Origin: an uncultured candidate division Zixibacteria bacterium
Lineage (GTDB): Bacteria > Zixibacteria > MSB-5A5 > GN15 > FEB-12
DNA length: 64,000 nt
Direction of reading: 5' to 3'
Assembly (NCBI GenBank): GCA_963806185.1
Contig: CAWDXE010000003.1
Coordinates: 224,001-288,000, forward strand
Shown here piece after piece: positions 6,941-17,514 of this stretch. Under the pieces are notes generated by a model. The model made no database searches. It was given only the letters and a program-made list of their open reading frames with translations, and was not told the origin of the DNA. The position numbers and the translations under genes were made by a program. Numbering within the stretch: the first letter of the stretch is position 1; each line of letters begins with the position of its first letter.

Positions 6941-9886
6941 TCAATTGACCGTGTCACGGTCAAGATGATCCAAATCGATATTGTACTGCTTGATCTTCAG
7001 ACGGAGCGTCGACTCCGGAATATTGAGCAGCGCCGCCGCATGCTTCTTGACACCACCGCGATCCTTGAGCGCGCGCAGGATAAACCGCTTTTCATGCTCA
7101 GCGAGAAAATCGTAGAGCGAATAGATGCCGTCAAAATTCGGATCGTGATCGAGCGTCGCCGCGGGCGTGATCGATGGCAAGTCGACAAACGTCTTATTGC
7201 CGGAAATCTTGGACGACAATACGTCGAGTTCCACCTGCTGGCTGTCGCCGGCAAGCAGGATGATCTTCTTGACTTCGTTTTCCAGTTCGCGGATGTTGCC
7301 CGGCCAATCGTAGGAAATCAGTGAGCGCATGACGTCAGATGAAACCCGCTTGCCGCTCTCTTCAAGGAAATGATTCACCAGGAGCGGAATATCTTCACGG
7401 CGTTCGCGCAGCGGCGGCAGACGGAAGGGCAGCGCCGACAAGCGATAGTATAGATCCTGACGGAAGCGGCCGGCGGCCATTTCCTCTTTCAAATCTTTAT
7501 TGGTAGCCGACAGCACGCGGACGTCGACCTTGCGCGGCACCGACTCGCCCAGACGGACGATTTCTTTGGCCTCGAGCACGCGCAGAATTTTTGCCTGGAT
7601 CGCCAGCGGCATGTCGGCTATCTCATCAAGGAAGAACGTGCCACCATCAGCTTCTTCGAACAGGCCCGGTTTGTCGCGGTCGGCGCCGGTGAAGGTACCC
7701 TTGCGGTAGCCGAAGAGCTCTGATTCGAGAAGGGTTTCCGGGAGCGCCGCGCAGTTTACCGAGATGAATCGTTTGTCGCGGCGTCGCGAATTGTAGTGAA
7801 TGGCCTGAGCCAGGAGGTCTTTGCCGGAGCCGGTCTCGCCCTCGATCGTAATCGAAATACTCGAGTCCACTACCTGGCGGAGCTGCGCGAGAAGTTCGCG
7901 CATCTGGCCGTTTTGCGTGATGATATTCGGGAAGGCGGTCTGCTCGCGCAATTGCGCGCGGAGACGGCGATTGTCTTCAAGCAGCTTCTGCTTCTGCATC
8001 TCCGCCGCCTTGAAGGCGATGATGTCAGAGAAGCCGACCGCGAAATTGAGTTCAGTCTGACTGAACGGGTTCAGCATGTTGTCGATCGACAGCTTGTCGA
8101 GATAGAGGAAGCTGGTCGTATCGTCGCTCATTTTCACCGGCACGACGATGACGCTGGCGATAACGTCGGGCAGGTGCGGGAACAGTTCGTTGATATACGG
8201 ATCGCGGCGGCAATCCAGAAGGAGTGTCGGGCGGGTGGTCGAGATTTCCTGGCCGACCATGCGCTGAAGACCTTCAAGGAAGCGCCGTTGCTGGGGCTGA
8301 TCGAGCGGGATCGACGACACCAACTGGGTGTCCGCAATGTCCGGGCTGTATAAGACCACCCGGGCGGCGCCGGTGCGACGAGTCAACAGGGCGATGACAT
8401 CATCCATCTGGCCCGACTTGACATCTTTCATTTCCGACTGCGTGACCAGATTGGAGAGCAGTTTGAATTCGTTTGTTTCGGAGATCGACAGGGCAACGGC
8501 TTGTTCGGCAATGGTGGAGAGAAGTTGATTCACGCCTCGCACCTTGCCGGTTTCGTTGAGAACGGCGAACACCTTCTCGGCCCGGCTCAGTTTTCTGAAA
8601 CCGCGGGACAAATCGCCGTGCTGGCAGGCAAACATACCGGAGCGGAATTCGGTCTCCGCAATCCAGTAATCCAGTCCGAGTTTCTTGAACAGGCGCCCAG
8701 CCTCGTCGTAGGTCGTGCGTATCTTGTCGATCTCATCGGAGTTGGCGGCGACTTTCACTTCGGCCTGTATGAGGAGCGTGCGCGCCAGATCAGCCGGATC
8801 GCCGGATTCGCGCACCAACTCGACTGCCTGGTACATGTACTCAAGCGCCTCGTCGAACTGCGAGCGCAGGGCAAAGACGCGGGCAATGACGCGCTTGGCA
8901 AGTCCCACCTCACTGCGTTCACCAACCTGCAGGGCCACCTCAAGTGCGATCTGGCCGTACTTCATGGCCTCGTCGACCCGGTCAAGGGCCAGCTCAACTT
9001 CGGCGAGTCGGCGACCGGATTGAGAAACGAGAGCTGATGACGGGGCCAGCATACGGCCCTGGGTGTAGGCATCGGTGAAAATTGACTTAGCCTTGAAGAG
9101 ATCGCCGCGTTCAAAGGCCAGTTCGCCGAGATATTCAAGACAGATAATCTTTTCGCGCTTGAGTCCGAGTTTGTCGATCAGTGCACCGGCCTGTGCGAAG
9201 TGTCTCTCGGCGGTCGTGAAATCACGACGGCGAACACAGAGGTAGCCGATGGACAGCAAGTTCAGCGTCAGGGATATCGGTTCGTTGACCTTGCTGAAAT
9301 AGGCCAGAGCGGCCTGCAGATCCTTTTCGGCCTGCTGCCACTGCCCGCTCAGAATGCGGATACGGGCGAGGTTACCGGTGAGCTGTGCCTGCTTGCGGGG
9401 ATTGTCGGTCGCCAACGCGAGGGCATCGTCGAGGAACGACGCCGCAGCGTCCAACCGCGACCGGATGAATGCCGCGCCGGCCAGTTCGTTGAGAGCATCA
9501 ATTTGACCATTGGCGTCATTAGCGCGGCGGTACGAGGCCAGCGAATCATGCGCCCGTACGTCGCAATTCTTCAGATCACCCAATGCGTTGTAGGTCTTGG
9601 CAAGCACCAGAAGGATACGGCCAAAGCTGCGATGAAGCGGAGAATCAGCTAGGATCTTGGCCGCGGCGAGCCCCTGGTCGATGGCGAGGCGGTAGTTACC
9701 CTGGAAGAAAGCATCATCGGCTTTCAGGGCGAGATAAAGACCACGCTCGTGCTCGTTATCAACGAACATCGATTCGTCCAGCGTCGCCAACTCGGCGTGA
9801 GCCGCGTCCATACGGCGCTGTCGCACCTGTTCCTCGATTGCGAGCAACCGGTGGTCTATCAGAAGCTTGTGTGAGGAATCGTACAT
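6941..9886 (-). CDS. TPR-GAF-AAA+ sigma54-dependent transcriptional activator with Fis-type HTH
   Basis: About 470 aa of TPR-like helical repeats, then a GAF-like region, GETGSGKD, ESELFG..KGTFTGA, FLDEI, RFRQDLYYRL, WPGNIRELEN and C-terminal AAALLNIPESTLRLKIK; ATG 9886 has AGAGG RBS (the ORF track starts at GTG 9913). Confidence 0.93.
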   Translation of the reverse strand: MYDSSHKLLIDHRLLAIEEQVRQRRMDAAHAELATLDESMFVDNEHERGLYLALKADDAFFQGNYRLAIDQGLAAAKILADSPLHRSFGRILLVLAKTYNALGDLKNCDVRAHDSLASYRRANDANGQIDALNELAGAAFIRSRLDAAASFLDDALALATDNPRKQAQLTGNLARIRILSGQWQQAEKDLQAALAYFSKVNEPISLTLNLLSIGYLCVRRRDFTTAERHFAQAGALIDKLGLKREKIICLEYLGELAFERGDLFKAKSIFTDAYTQGRMLAPSSALVSQSGRRLAEVELALDRVDEAMKYGQIALEVALQVGERSEVGLAKRVIARVFALRSQFDEALEYMYQAVELVRESGDPADLARTLLIQAEVKVAANSDEIDKIRTTYDEAGRLFKKLGLDYWIAETEFRSGMFACQHGDLSRGFRKLSRAEKVFAVLNETGKVRGVNQLLSTIAEQAVALSISETNEFKLLSNLVTQSEMKDVKSGQMDDVIALLTRRTGAARVVLYSPDIADTQLVSSIPLDQPQQRRFLEGLQRMVGQEISTTRPTLLLDCRRDPYINELFPHLPDVIASVIVVPVKMSDDTTSFLYLDKLSIDNMLNPFSQTELNFAVGFSDIIAFKAAEMQKQKLLEDNRRLRAQLREQTAFPNIITQNGQMRELLAQLRQVVDSSISITIEGETGSGKDLLAQAIHYNSRRRDKRFISVNCAALPETLLESELFGYRKGTFTGADRDKPGLFEEADGGTFFLDEIADMPLAIQAKILRVLEAKEIVRLGESVPRKVDVRVLSATNKDLKEEMAAGRFRQDLYYRLSALPFRLPPLRERREDIPLLVNHFLEESGKRVSSDVMRSLISYDWPGNIRELENEVKKIILLAGDSQQVELDVLSSKISGNKTFVDLPSITPAATLDHDPNFDGIYSLYDFLAEHEKRFILRALKDRGGVKKHAAALLNIPESTLRLKIKQYNIDLDHLDRDTVN

Positions 9887-9943
9887 AGCCTCTTGCTTTT
9901 GATGACGGCTCACTTGCCGTCACGGTTTACCTCACGCGGACAC

Positions 9944-10291
9944 TTATCGGCTCCGCCTGCTCATCTCTCCGCTACTCCCCTTGGTGTCGATTCCCTGATT
10001 GCGCGCAGCCGTCTGCTGATGCATGGCGAAATACAGCGACACTCTCGCCACAACACTGTAAAACGAGCCGAAACCAGAGTGGGTCGTCGAGGGCGCGATA
10101 CCGGCCGTGCCGCCGTCGTATCTCACCCGCAAAGAATCAGTCGGGTTGACAGGACTGTTTCCACCGCCACCGCCGCCACCCGTGCGATCCACATCCCAGG
10201 GATGTTCACCCGACAACACCGGGGTCGAGAGAAAGCAGGACACTCCAAGCAGCAATAGCACAAGTACTGCCGTTAGAAGTCTGCTTTTCAT
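9944..10291 (-). CDS. Small secreted protein / candidate signalling pre-peptide (115 aa)
   Basis: AGGAGG RBS, ATG 10291; MKSRLLTAVLVLLLLGVSCFLSTPVLS signal peptide followed by GEHPWDVDRTGGGGGGG. Confidence 0.8.
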   Translation of the reverse strand: MKSRLLTAVLVLLLLGVSCFLSTPVLSGEHPWDVDRTGGGGGGGNSPVNPTDSLRVRYDGGTAGIAPSTTHSGFGSFYSVVARVSLYFAMHQQTAARNQGIDTKGSSGEMSRRSR

Positions 10292-10414
10292 CTGCTTTCC
10301 TCCTACTATGACTCTCATAGCTATAAACGCTGACCAATAATTTTCAGAGATATTGCTTCGTCGCCCGCGAGCTGGGTGAGGGGCTAGTTTGCGAGCGCAC
10401 ATTCTGCTACTGCC

Positions 10415-10443
10415 AAACTAACATTACGCCAGTATGCTGTCAA
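10415..10443 (-). promoter_or_regulatory. sigma70-like promoter for the peptide-regulator pair
   Basis: TTGACA-N17-TAGTTT with an extended -10 TG on the minus strand. Confidence 0.65.
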
Positions 10444-10493
10444 GTAATATCTTACAGGGGCGCAAAGATTGCGTCGAGACCCACGTATTAGAC

Positions 10494-11780
10494 TTAAACG
10501 CCTGTCGGTCGGCCAGCTCCCTTTTTCCGGACTCTAACCATCTTGATTCGTTGCCCGTCGACCTGGGCGATCTCAAACTCGAGGTTATGCCACTCAACCT
10601 TCAGGCCCTGAGTAGGAACCGAGCCAACCAAATGGTAGATCAGGCCCCCCACCGTGTCGTAATCCCCCTGATCGTGATCGGTGTCGAGATAGTCCTGGAG
10701 GTCCTCAACCAACAGAGAACTATCCACTTGAAACCGGCCGTCCGGAAGCCGTACAAAGCTGGACTCTTCGGCGTCGTGCTCGTCTTGAATCTCGCCGACG
10801 ATTTCCTCAAGCACGTCCTCAAGGGTCACCAACCCGGCTACCCCTCCGTATTCATCAACGACAATGGCCAGATGGCGCCGCCGGGTGCGGAATTCGCGAA
10901 GCAGGTCGCCGATCACTTTTGAATCGGGCACGAAGACCGCACGGTGCAGGTAGCGGCCGATGACAAACTCCTCCCCGGGTTGCGGCATTTTCATGAAGAG
11001 ATCTTTGACATACAGCACGCCGACGATTTTATCGATGGTTCCATCGTACACCGGATATCGAGAATGCCCGTCTTCCTCTACGAGTTTGCGGATTTGAGCA
11101 AAAGACCAGGTCCGTTCGATTCCCACAATGTCAATACGCGGAACCATGATCTCCCGAACCACGGTCTGGTCGAGCAGGAAGATCGAGCCGATCATCTGTT
11201 TCTCGTCGTCTTCGACAATATCATCCGCATATCCCGCCTGATCGGCCAGCGTTTCAATCGCCCGTTCTACGATGTCCTCTTTTTCTTCTTCGGTCACGGT
11301 GTGGGAGGGTGAGACTCGGCGCAGGGCATTGCGGTAGGTGCGAACGATCGGACCGAAGAGAAACTGCACCAGGGCGATGAGCCAGAGAAACGACAGCATG
11401 CGCGGCTTGATGGCATTTCGTGACGATAATCGGGGCAGGTACTCGACGATGACGACAAACATCAACCAGGCAAGCAACAGACCCTCGACTGAAAAATACC
11501 AGAAACTGATCTGGAGGGCATCGGCCCACGATCTCATCAGAACTATGGCCGTGTACGTAATGACCATCAGGGAAAACGCCTTGTATACCGAAGCGATTTC
11601 CACGAATTCGAGCGGATCCTCAGACAATCTTCGAAGCCGAGCACGCTTGCGGCCGGAGACGCCGGGATACAAGCTCTCAACCTCTTCCGGGTCCAGATAG
11701 ATGGCCACCGAATAAAGGGACACGAAGTATGCGGTGATGTATCCTGCCACCAGGATGACCGCGGCAATGAGATCGCTCAC
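10494..11780 (-). CDS. Hemolysin/CorC family (CNNM-CBS-CorC) transporter
   Basis: TM N-terminus; [40 protein letters not shown]. Confidence 0.92.
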   Translation of the reverse strand: MSDLIAAVILVAGYITAYFVSLYSVAIYLDPEEVESLYPGVSGRKRARLRRLSEDPLEFVEIASVYKAFSLMVITYTAIVLMRSWADALQISFWYFSVEGLLLAWLMFVVIVEYLPRLSSRNAIKPRMLSFLWLIALVQFLFGPIVRTYRNALRRVSPSHTVTEEEKEDIVERAIETLADQAGYADDIVEDDEKQMIGSIFLLDQTVVREIMVPRIDIVGIERTWSFAQIRKLVEEDGHSRYPVYDGTIDKIVGVLYVKDLFMKMPQPGEEFVIGRYLHRAVFVPDSKVIGDLLREFRTRRRHLAIVVDEYGGVAGLVTLEDVLEEIVGEIQDEHDAEESSFVRLPDGRFQVDSSLLVEDLQDYLDTDHDQGDYDTVGGLIYHLVGSVPTQGLKVEWHNLEFEIAQVDGQRIKMVRVRKKGAGRPTGV

Positions 11781-12217
11781 AAGGGCACCTCGTCGACTAC
11801 CTGCATGAGAAAATGCGCTTCTCGAACCTTCATCCGCTGTTCATCGCTGGGTTTTATGTGGTCGTAGCCGAACAGGTGAAGCAGGCCGTGGCAGAAGAGG
11901 CGGAGATATTCGTCGTTCAGATTACCTCCGTACCCTTTGGCCTGGCGCCGCGCAGTGTGCGTTGATATGTATATTTCACCAAAAGTGCTGTCGTCGGTCA
12001 ACGGGTGATCAATGTTGAAGGACAAAACGTCGGTCGGACGATTCATTTGTCGGTACTGCTTGTTGAGCGCCTGCATCCGGCGATCCGACACGAAGACGAG
12101 ATTGACACGCCCTTCCCAGTCCGGCCGGGCCTCCTCGGCGACAATCAAATGAAACAGCTGTTTGATTCGCTTCAGCGGCAGTCGATCCTGCGTATATCGG
12201 TGTATTTCAAGTTTCAT
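11777..12217 (-). CDS. ybeY: rRNA maturation endoribonuclease YbeY
   Basis: LNKQYR...PTDVLSF and HGLLHLFGYDH; ATG overlaps the upstream TGA. Confidence 0.95.
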   Translation of the reverse strand: MKLEIHRYTQDRLPLKRIKQLFHLIVAEEARPDWEGRVNLVFVSDRRMQALNKQYRQMNRPTDVLSFNIDHPLTDDSTFGEIYISTHTARRQAKGYGGNLNDEYLRLFCHGLLHLFGYDHIKPSDEQRMKVREAHFLMQVVDEVPL

Positions 12218-14466
12218 CGTTCGTCCGCTTTCTCGCGACGGGGGTAGGCGACCCGTTGATGGAACGCGGCGATCAGCACCTGGGCAAACGCTTCCTTGAT
12301 TTTGGCCAGGTCGCGGAGTGTCAGCGGGCATTCGTCCAGTTCGCCCGACTTGAAGCGGTCGTCGATAATCCGTTGGATAAGCGAATCTATCCGGGCCGGC
12401 TTGGGATCGTCAAGCGTCCGGCTGGCGGCTTCGACGGCGTCGGCCAGCATGGCGATACCGGTCTCTCGCGTCTGAGGGCGAGGGCCGGGATAGCGGAATT
12501 TGTCAATCGGTACATTGTCGTGGCCCTGCTCAACCGCCTTGTTGTAGAAGTAGGTCATGACCATCGTGCCGTGGTGTTCCTCGATGAAATTGAGGACGTC
12601 ATCGGGAATATTGGCCTCTTCGCCGAGCAGACGCCCCTTTTTGACATGCGACGACAGAATGAGGGCCGACATGGACGGTGACAGTGCCTCGTGACGCGAC
12701 TTCACCCCCAGCTGGTTCTCAATGAAATACTCCGGGATCTCAATCTTGCCGATGTCGTGGTAGTATGCGCCGACGCGTGCGAGGAGTGCGTTGGCGGAGA
12801 TCGCCTTGGCCGCCGATTCGCACAGGTTACCGACGATGATGGAATGATGATAGGTACCCGGCGCCTCGATCGCAAGCCGCTTGAGCAATGGTTGATTCAA
12901 GTCGGAGAGTTCAAGTAACGTGGTATCTGTCGTGATGCCGAAGAGTGATTCGAACACTGGCAGAAAGGCCATCACCAGCACGATTGATACGCCGCTGGAA
13001 ATCACGGCGGCCAGCATTTCGCCGACGATATCCTCCCCGGGAGTCAACTTGAGATTCTCGACGATCATCGCCAATCCAACGGACGATACCGCCACCAGCA
13101 GCAGAATGCGGTAGAAATGCGAGCGGCGGCGGACCACGCGGGAAGAAAAACAGGCAATGATGCCGACCACGAGCGTCACCAACACCACGGTAAAGGAAAA
13201 ACGACTCAACACCCCAAGCAGAATCGCGAGTATAAACGTGGCCAGGATGCCGATTTGGGCGTCGAAAAGAATGGTGATCATAATCGGCAGAACGGCAATC
13301 GGGTAAAGGTAGACCGATCCCAGGTCGAAATGATCCACGAGCCAGACCAGAACCAGTTGCACGCCGAACACCAGCAGAATGGCAAACAGCTTGGGATTTG
13401 ACAAAAAGATCTCTCTCCGAAAATAGAAGAGAAAGAGGTACAGCGTGATGAATAGCGCCAGGACGAGGAATACCCGCGCTACCGCCGGAAGGCTGGCCAC
13501 CAGCCACCCCCGTTCGGCGGCGTCGGAACGGAGAATACGCGACAGCTCCTGCAATACGCGATCTTCTCGTTCGTCAACGCGTTGACGCGCCGAGACAATC
13601 AGGTCGCCCTTGTTTACCACCTCCTGGACATTGGAAATGTCAGACGTTTCGGTCGCAATCCGCCGATTGTACTCCGGCATGTTGAGCCAGAGATTCGGCT
13701 GAATGAAGCTACGCCCCAGCAGGTAATAATACTCAACGTCGAGCGGATTGACCGCCGCCATTCGATTGAGCACCGTCAGCAACCGGGCATTGGCCAGAGG
13801 GATATCCTGCAACTTGGATCGCTGGTGCAGAGTCTCGCGTTCGCCGCGACGAATCACCACCATTTTGTTGCGTGACTCGGGGATGTCCGCCACCGCTTTG
13901 ATTACACCCAGATTGTAGATTTCGGTACGGTACAATTCAGCGAGACGATCGTGCACTTCCCGGATATCGCCCGGATAATTGAGAGATCGTGAAATGGCCG
14001 CCTGGCTCAGATACGGATAGCGAGCCGAGACGAGGGCCGGATAGTCGTCCATGCGATCGGATTTCGCCTTTGACCGAACTACCCGCAGCGAGTCGACCAG
14101 CGTGAAATACGTTTTGAGCGACGTGTACACGCTCTGCGTGATAACCGTGTCGTCGTCCAGCACAAACGGCACGATGATCCGCGTCTCATCAACCTCGTCG
14201 CGCAATTCATGCTCGGTTTTCAGAACGGTTATCGAGAACGGAGCGATGATATCATTCGGGGCAATGGCGCCTTTGCGCGGCATATCGAGCGGATCGTACA
14301 GAGTGTCGCCGGGGTAAATGATGCCGACCGCCAGCGAGAAGATCACCAGCATGAGGGTGCGTATAATACGATGGCGGCGAGTCGATTCGTCGGGTTGGCG
14401 ACTCTCCGAGCGGACCTTGAAGAGCCGCTTGATCTGCCGTTTGAGTTGTAGTAGTAACGAATACAT
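12214..14466 (-). CDS. 7TM-HDIG phosphohydrolase (PgpH-like)
   Basis: Extracellular domain + 7 TM; APGTYHHS, YYHDIGK, EHHGT, ADAVEAA. Confidence 0.92.
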   Translation of the reverse strand: MYSLLLQLKRQIKRLFKVRSESRQPDESTRRHRIIRTLMLVIFSLAVGIIYPGDTLYDPLDMPRKGAIAPNDIIAPFSITVLKTEHELRDEVDETRIIVPFVLDDDTVITQSVYTSLKTYFTLVDSLRVVRSKAKSDRMDDYPALVSARYPYLSQAAISRSLNYPGDIREVHDRLAELYRTEIYNLGVIKAVADIPESRNKMVVIRRGERETLHQRSKLQDIPLANARLLTVLNRMAAVNPLDVEYYYLLGRSFIQPNLWLNMPEYNRRIATETSDISNVQEVVNKGDLIVSARQRVDEREDRVLQELSRILRSDAAERGWLVASLPAVARVFLVLALFITLYLFLFYFRREIFLSNPKLFAILLVFGVQLVLVWLVDHFDLGSVYLYPIAVLPIMITILFDAQIGILATFILAILLGVLSRFSFTVVLVTLVVGIIACFSSRVVRRRSHFYRILLLVAVSSVGLAMIVENLKLTPGEDIVGEMLAAVISSGVSIVLVMAFLPVFESLFGITTDTTLLELSDLNQPLLKRLAIEAPGTYHHSIIVGNLCESAAKAISANALLARVGAYYHDIGKIEIPEYFIENQLGVKSRHEALSPSMSALILSSHVKKGRLLGEEANIPDDVLNFIEEHHGTMVMTYFYNKAVEQGHDNVPIDKFRYPGPRPQTRETGIAMLADAVEAASRTLDDPKPARIDSLIQRIIDDRFKSGELDECPLTLRDLAKIKEAFAQVLIAAFHQRVAYPRREKADER

Positions 14467-14493
14467 ATGGCGCCCTTCCGTGGCGCATTCTAC

Positions 14494-15474
14494 CTACTCG
14501 TTATGGCGCGGGGCTTCGTACTTCTCGTACGCCTTGATGATGTCCTGGACCAGGTGATGCCGGATAACGTCCTTTTCCGTAAGATACATGAAGGCTATGC
14601 CGTCGATGCCGCGCAGGATTTTCTCGACTCGCAAGAGCCCCGAGCTGCGTCGATCGTCCAGGTCGATCTGCGTGACGTCGCCGGTGATGACTGCCTTTGA
14701 CTTCTCGCCAATGCGGGTGAGGAACATTTTCATCTGCGCATGCGACGTATTCTGGGCCTCATCGAGTACAACAAAAGCTTCATTGAGTGTTCGACCGCGC
14801 ATGAAGGCCAGAGGGGCGATCTCGATCGTGCCCATTTCCATCAGGCTGCGAATCTTGTCCGGTTGCAGCATGTCATACAGCGCGTCGTATACCGGCCGCA
14901 GATAGGGATCGACCTTGGCGCGAATATCGCCGGGCAGATAACCGAGATTCTCCCCCGCCTCGACTACGGGGCGGGTGAAGACGATTCGATTGACGCGTTT
15001 CGTTTTGAGCGCCGCGACGGCGGCGGCCACAGCAAGATACGTCTTCCCCGTGCCGGCCGGGCCGATTGAAAACACAATGTCGTGGGTGTCAATGAGCTCG
15101 ATGTACCTTGTCTGCCCGACGGTCTTCGGCTTGATCGTCTTTTTCAGAGCGCTGGTGAGCAGGGCTTCGGTGGAAATGCTCTCCGCCGGACCGAGTCCGT
15201 TCTCCTTGACCATGGCGATGGCGTAATTGAGATACTGATCGGTAATGAAGTCGCCCTGCCGTATGCGGGTCATCAGGTCGGCAAACAGCTTCACTACCTG
15301 ACTGACACGAAGCTGTTCCCCTTCGATAATAAGCTTGTCGCCCCGGGCGATAATGCGGGCGTCAAACTGCACTTCGATCGTCCGCAGGAAACTATCGTTG
15401 GCGCCGTACAGCAATCTAAGATCAATTCCCTCGACCGGGATAATCTGCTGGCGTACTTCGGAGCTTCCGTTCAT
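14494..15474 (-). CDS. phoH: PhoH-family ATPase
   Basis: GPAGTGKT, LGYLPGD, FMRGRTL, LDEAQN. Confidence 0.95.
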   Translation of the reverse strand: MNGSSEVRQQIIPVEGIDLRLLYGANDSFLRTIEVQFDARIIARGDKLIIEGEQLRVSQVVKLFADLMTRIRQGDFITDQYLNYAIAMVKENGLGPAESISTEALLTSALKKTIKPKTVGQTRYIELIDTHDIVFSIGPAGTGKTYLAVAAAVAALKTKRVNRIVFTRPVVEAGENLGYLPGDIRAKVDPYLRPVYDALYDMLQPDKIRSLMEMGTIEIAPLAFMRGRTLNEAFVVLDEAQNTSHAQMKMFLTRIGEKSKAVITGDVTQIDLDDRRSSGLLRVEKILRGIDGIAFMYLTEKDVIRHHLVQDIIKAYEKYEAPRHNE

Positions 15475-15487
15475 ACCTCGTGCCTGC

Positions 15488-17314
15488 CTATTCCTTACCT
15501 TCGCGTATGTCCAATCCCAGTTCGTCGAGCTGATCCTGTTCGATAAACGACGGCGCGCTGTCCATCAGGCCGATAGCCTGGGCCGTCTTGGGGAATGCGA
15601 TCACGTCGCGTATCGATTCCGAGCCGGTCATAAGAGTGACCAGCCGATCCAATCCGAGAGCGACGCCGGCGTGGGGCGGGGCGCCGTACTCAAGCGCCCG
15701 CAATAAGAAGCCGAACATTCGGTCCGCGCGCTGGTTGTCGATGCCCAGAATCGCGAGGATTTTCTCCTGCAGATCGCGACGGTTGATGCGTTGGCCGCCA
15801 GAACCTATTTCCCAACCGTTGATCACAATATCATACTGCATGGCGCGCGCCTTGCGCCAGGGGTGATTGAGATCGGTGCCGGGCAGTCGGGAGTCAAGAC
15901 CCTCATCGATATAGTGCAGATCTTCCTCGACCGGATGCGACACGATGTTGTGCATGGCGTCGAAACGACCAGCCTCTTCGTTGAATTCAAACAACGGGAA
16001 CTGGGTCACCCAGAGCATCCGGTATTCGTCACGATTGACCAAATTGTGCTCACGTCCGAGCTGCAAGCGAAGCTGCCCGAGAATTGACTCGGCTTTGTAC
16101 GACATGCCGGAGATGATAAACAGGGCATCACCCTTTGCGGCGCCTGATGTCTCGCAGAGCTTGTTCTTCAGTTCCTCGCCGATGAACTTGGTAATGGTCG
16201 ACTTGTCTTCGGTCTCGGAACGGACCACATAGGCCAATCCCCCCGCGCCAAGCTCTTTCGCCTTGGCCGTAAGGTCATCCAGTTGCTTGCGCGAATAGGT
16301 GCCACCACCCTTGAGGACAATCCCCTTGACGACGCCACCGTTGCCGACCGTATCGGCAAAAACCTTGAAGCCACAGCCGCGCACCAGTTCGGTGAGATCG
16401 ACAATTTCCATTCCGAAGCGGAGATCGGGTTTGTCGATACCCCAGCGGTTCATCACCTCAGCATAGGTCAAACGAGGGAACGGCGTCTGCACGCTATAGC
16501 CAAGTACACCCTTGAATACGTGCGCCAGCATCCCTTCGACGACTGTCCAGACGTCTTCGGGCGTAACAAACGACATTTCGATGTCGATCTGCGTATGTTC
16601 CGGCTGGCGGTCAGCGCGTAGGTCCTCGTCACGCAGGCAGCGAGCCAACTGAAAGTACCTATCATACCCGGCCACCTGCAGAATTTGTTTGAGCAACTGC
16701 GGCGATTGCGGCAAGGCGTAGAACTTACCCTTGTGCACCCGGCTGGGGACGACGTAATCGCGGGCCCCTTCCGGAGTGGAGCGGATGAGCAGGGGAGTTT
16801 CGATTTCATAGAAACCGGCGTCGCTCAGGTGGTTTCGCACGGAAAGAGCCACTTCGTGGCGGAGCCGCAGATTTTCCTGAAGCGGCTTGCGGCGAAGGTC
16901 CAGATACCGGTATTCGAGTCGCAGGGTCTCGTTGGCCGAGGTTTTGTCGGTGATTTCAAACGGTGGGGTTTTCGATTCGGCCAGAATGTGAAATTCACTC
17001 GCCACCACTTCGATTTCACCGGTCACCATTCGTGTATTGATCGTGCCATCGGGTCGCTTACGCACGGTGCCGGCAGCGGCGACGACAAACTCCGATCGCG
17101 CGCGCTCCGCATCAGCGAGCATCGCTTTGTCGATGGTCTCCGGATTGATAACAACCTGAGTGATACCGTATCGGTCGCGAAGGTCCAAAAAGAGGAGTCC
17201 GCCCAGATTGCGATGGGAGTTAATCCATCCGTTTAAACGAACGGGCGTGCCTATATCCGAAGAGCGTAACTGCCCACAGGTGTGAGTGCGTTTAAGTTGT
17301 GAAAAATGCGGCAC
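15488..17314 (-). CDS. aspS: Aspartate--tRNA ligase
   Basis: RTHTCG, TPEGARDY, LPQSPQ, RDEDLRADRQPEHTQID, GAPPHAG; probable GTG start at 17314. Confidence 0.96.
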   Translation of the reverse strand: MPHFSQLKRTHTCGQLRSSDIGTPVRLNGWINSHRNLGGLLFLDLRDRYGITQVVINPETIDKAMLADAERARSEFVVAAAGTVRKRPDGTINTRMVTGEIEVVASEFHILAESKTPPFEITDKTSANETLRLEYRYLDLRRKPLQENLRLRHEVALSVRNHLSDAGFYEIETPLLIRSTPEGARDYVVPSRVHKGKFYALPQSPQLLKQILQVAGYDRYFQLARCLRDEDLRADRQPEHTQIDIEMSFVTPEDVWTVVEGMLAHVFKGVLGYSVQTPFPRLTYAEVMNRWGIDKPDLRFGMEIVDLTELVRGCGFKVFADTVGNGGVVKGIVLKGGGTYSRKQLDDLTAKAKELGAGGLAYVVRSETEDKSTITKFIGEELKNKLCETSGAAKGDALFIISGMSYKAESILGQLRLQLGREHNLVNRDEYRMLWVTQFPLFEFNEEAGRFDAMHNIVSHPVEEDLHYIDEGLDSRLPGTDLNHPWRKARAMQYDIVINGWEIGSGGQRINRRDLQEKILAILGIDNQRADRMFGFLLRALEYGAPPHAGVALGLDRLVTLMTGSESIRDVIAFPKTAQAIGLMDSAPSFIEQDQLDELGLDIREGKE

Positions 17315-17402
17315 AGAAATCCCTTTTAAGTTACTGGCGTATAGTAAATTATCGGTAAGCCCGAGCGAATATTGAGCCTCGACGTGATGGTCATGTAGGG
17401 GG

Positions 17403-17431
17403 AAAGTACAGTAGATTGGTCTGTAAGTCAA
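17403..17431 (-). promoter_or_regulatory. sigma70-like promoter for the aspS operon
   Basis: TTGACT-N17-TACTTT. Confidence 0.55.
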
Positions 17432-17514
17432 GAACGCGAGGGCGGCCCCAGCTAAGGCCAACTTGTTGCGGTCGAATCAACAGCAAAGCTGAAATGCCTA
17501 ATTGGATCTCTGCC

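Noticed and set aside
10417..10432. sigma54 promoter upstream of the peptide gene (TGGCGTAATGTTAGT)
   Set aside because: It lacks the -12 GC, and the overlapping sigma70 match is better; no evidence of direct autoactivation.
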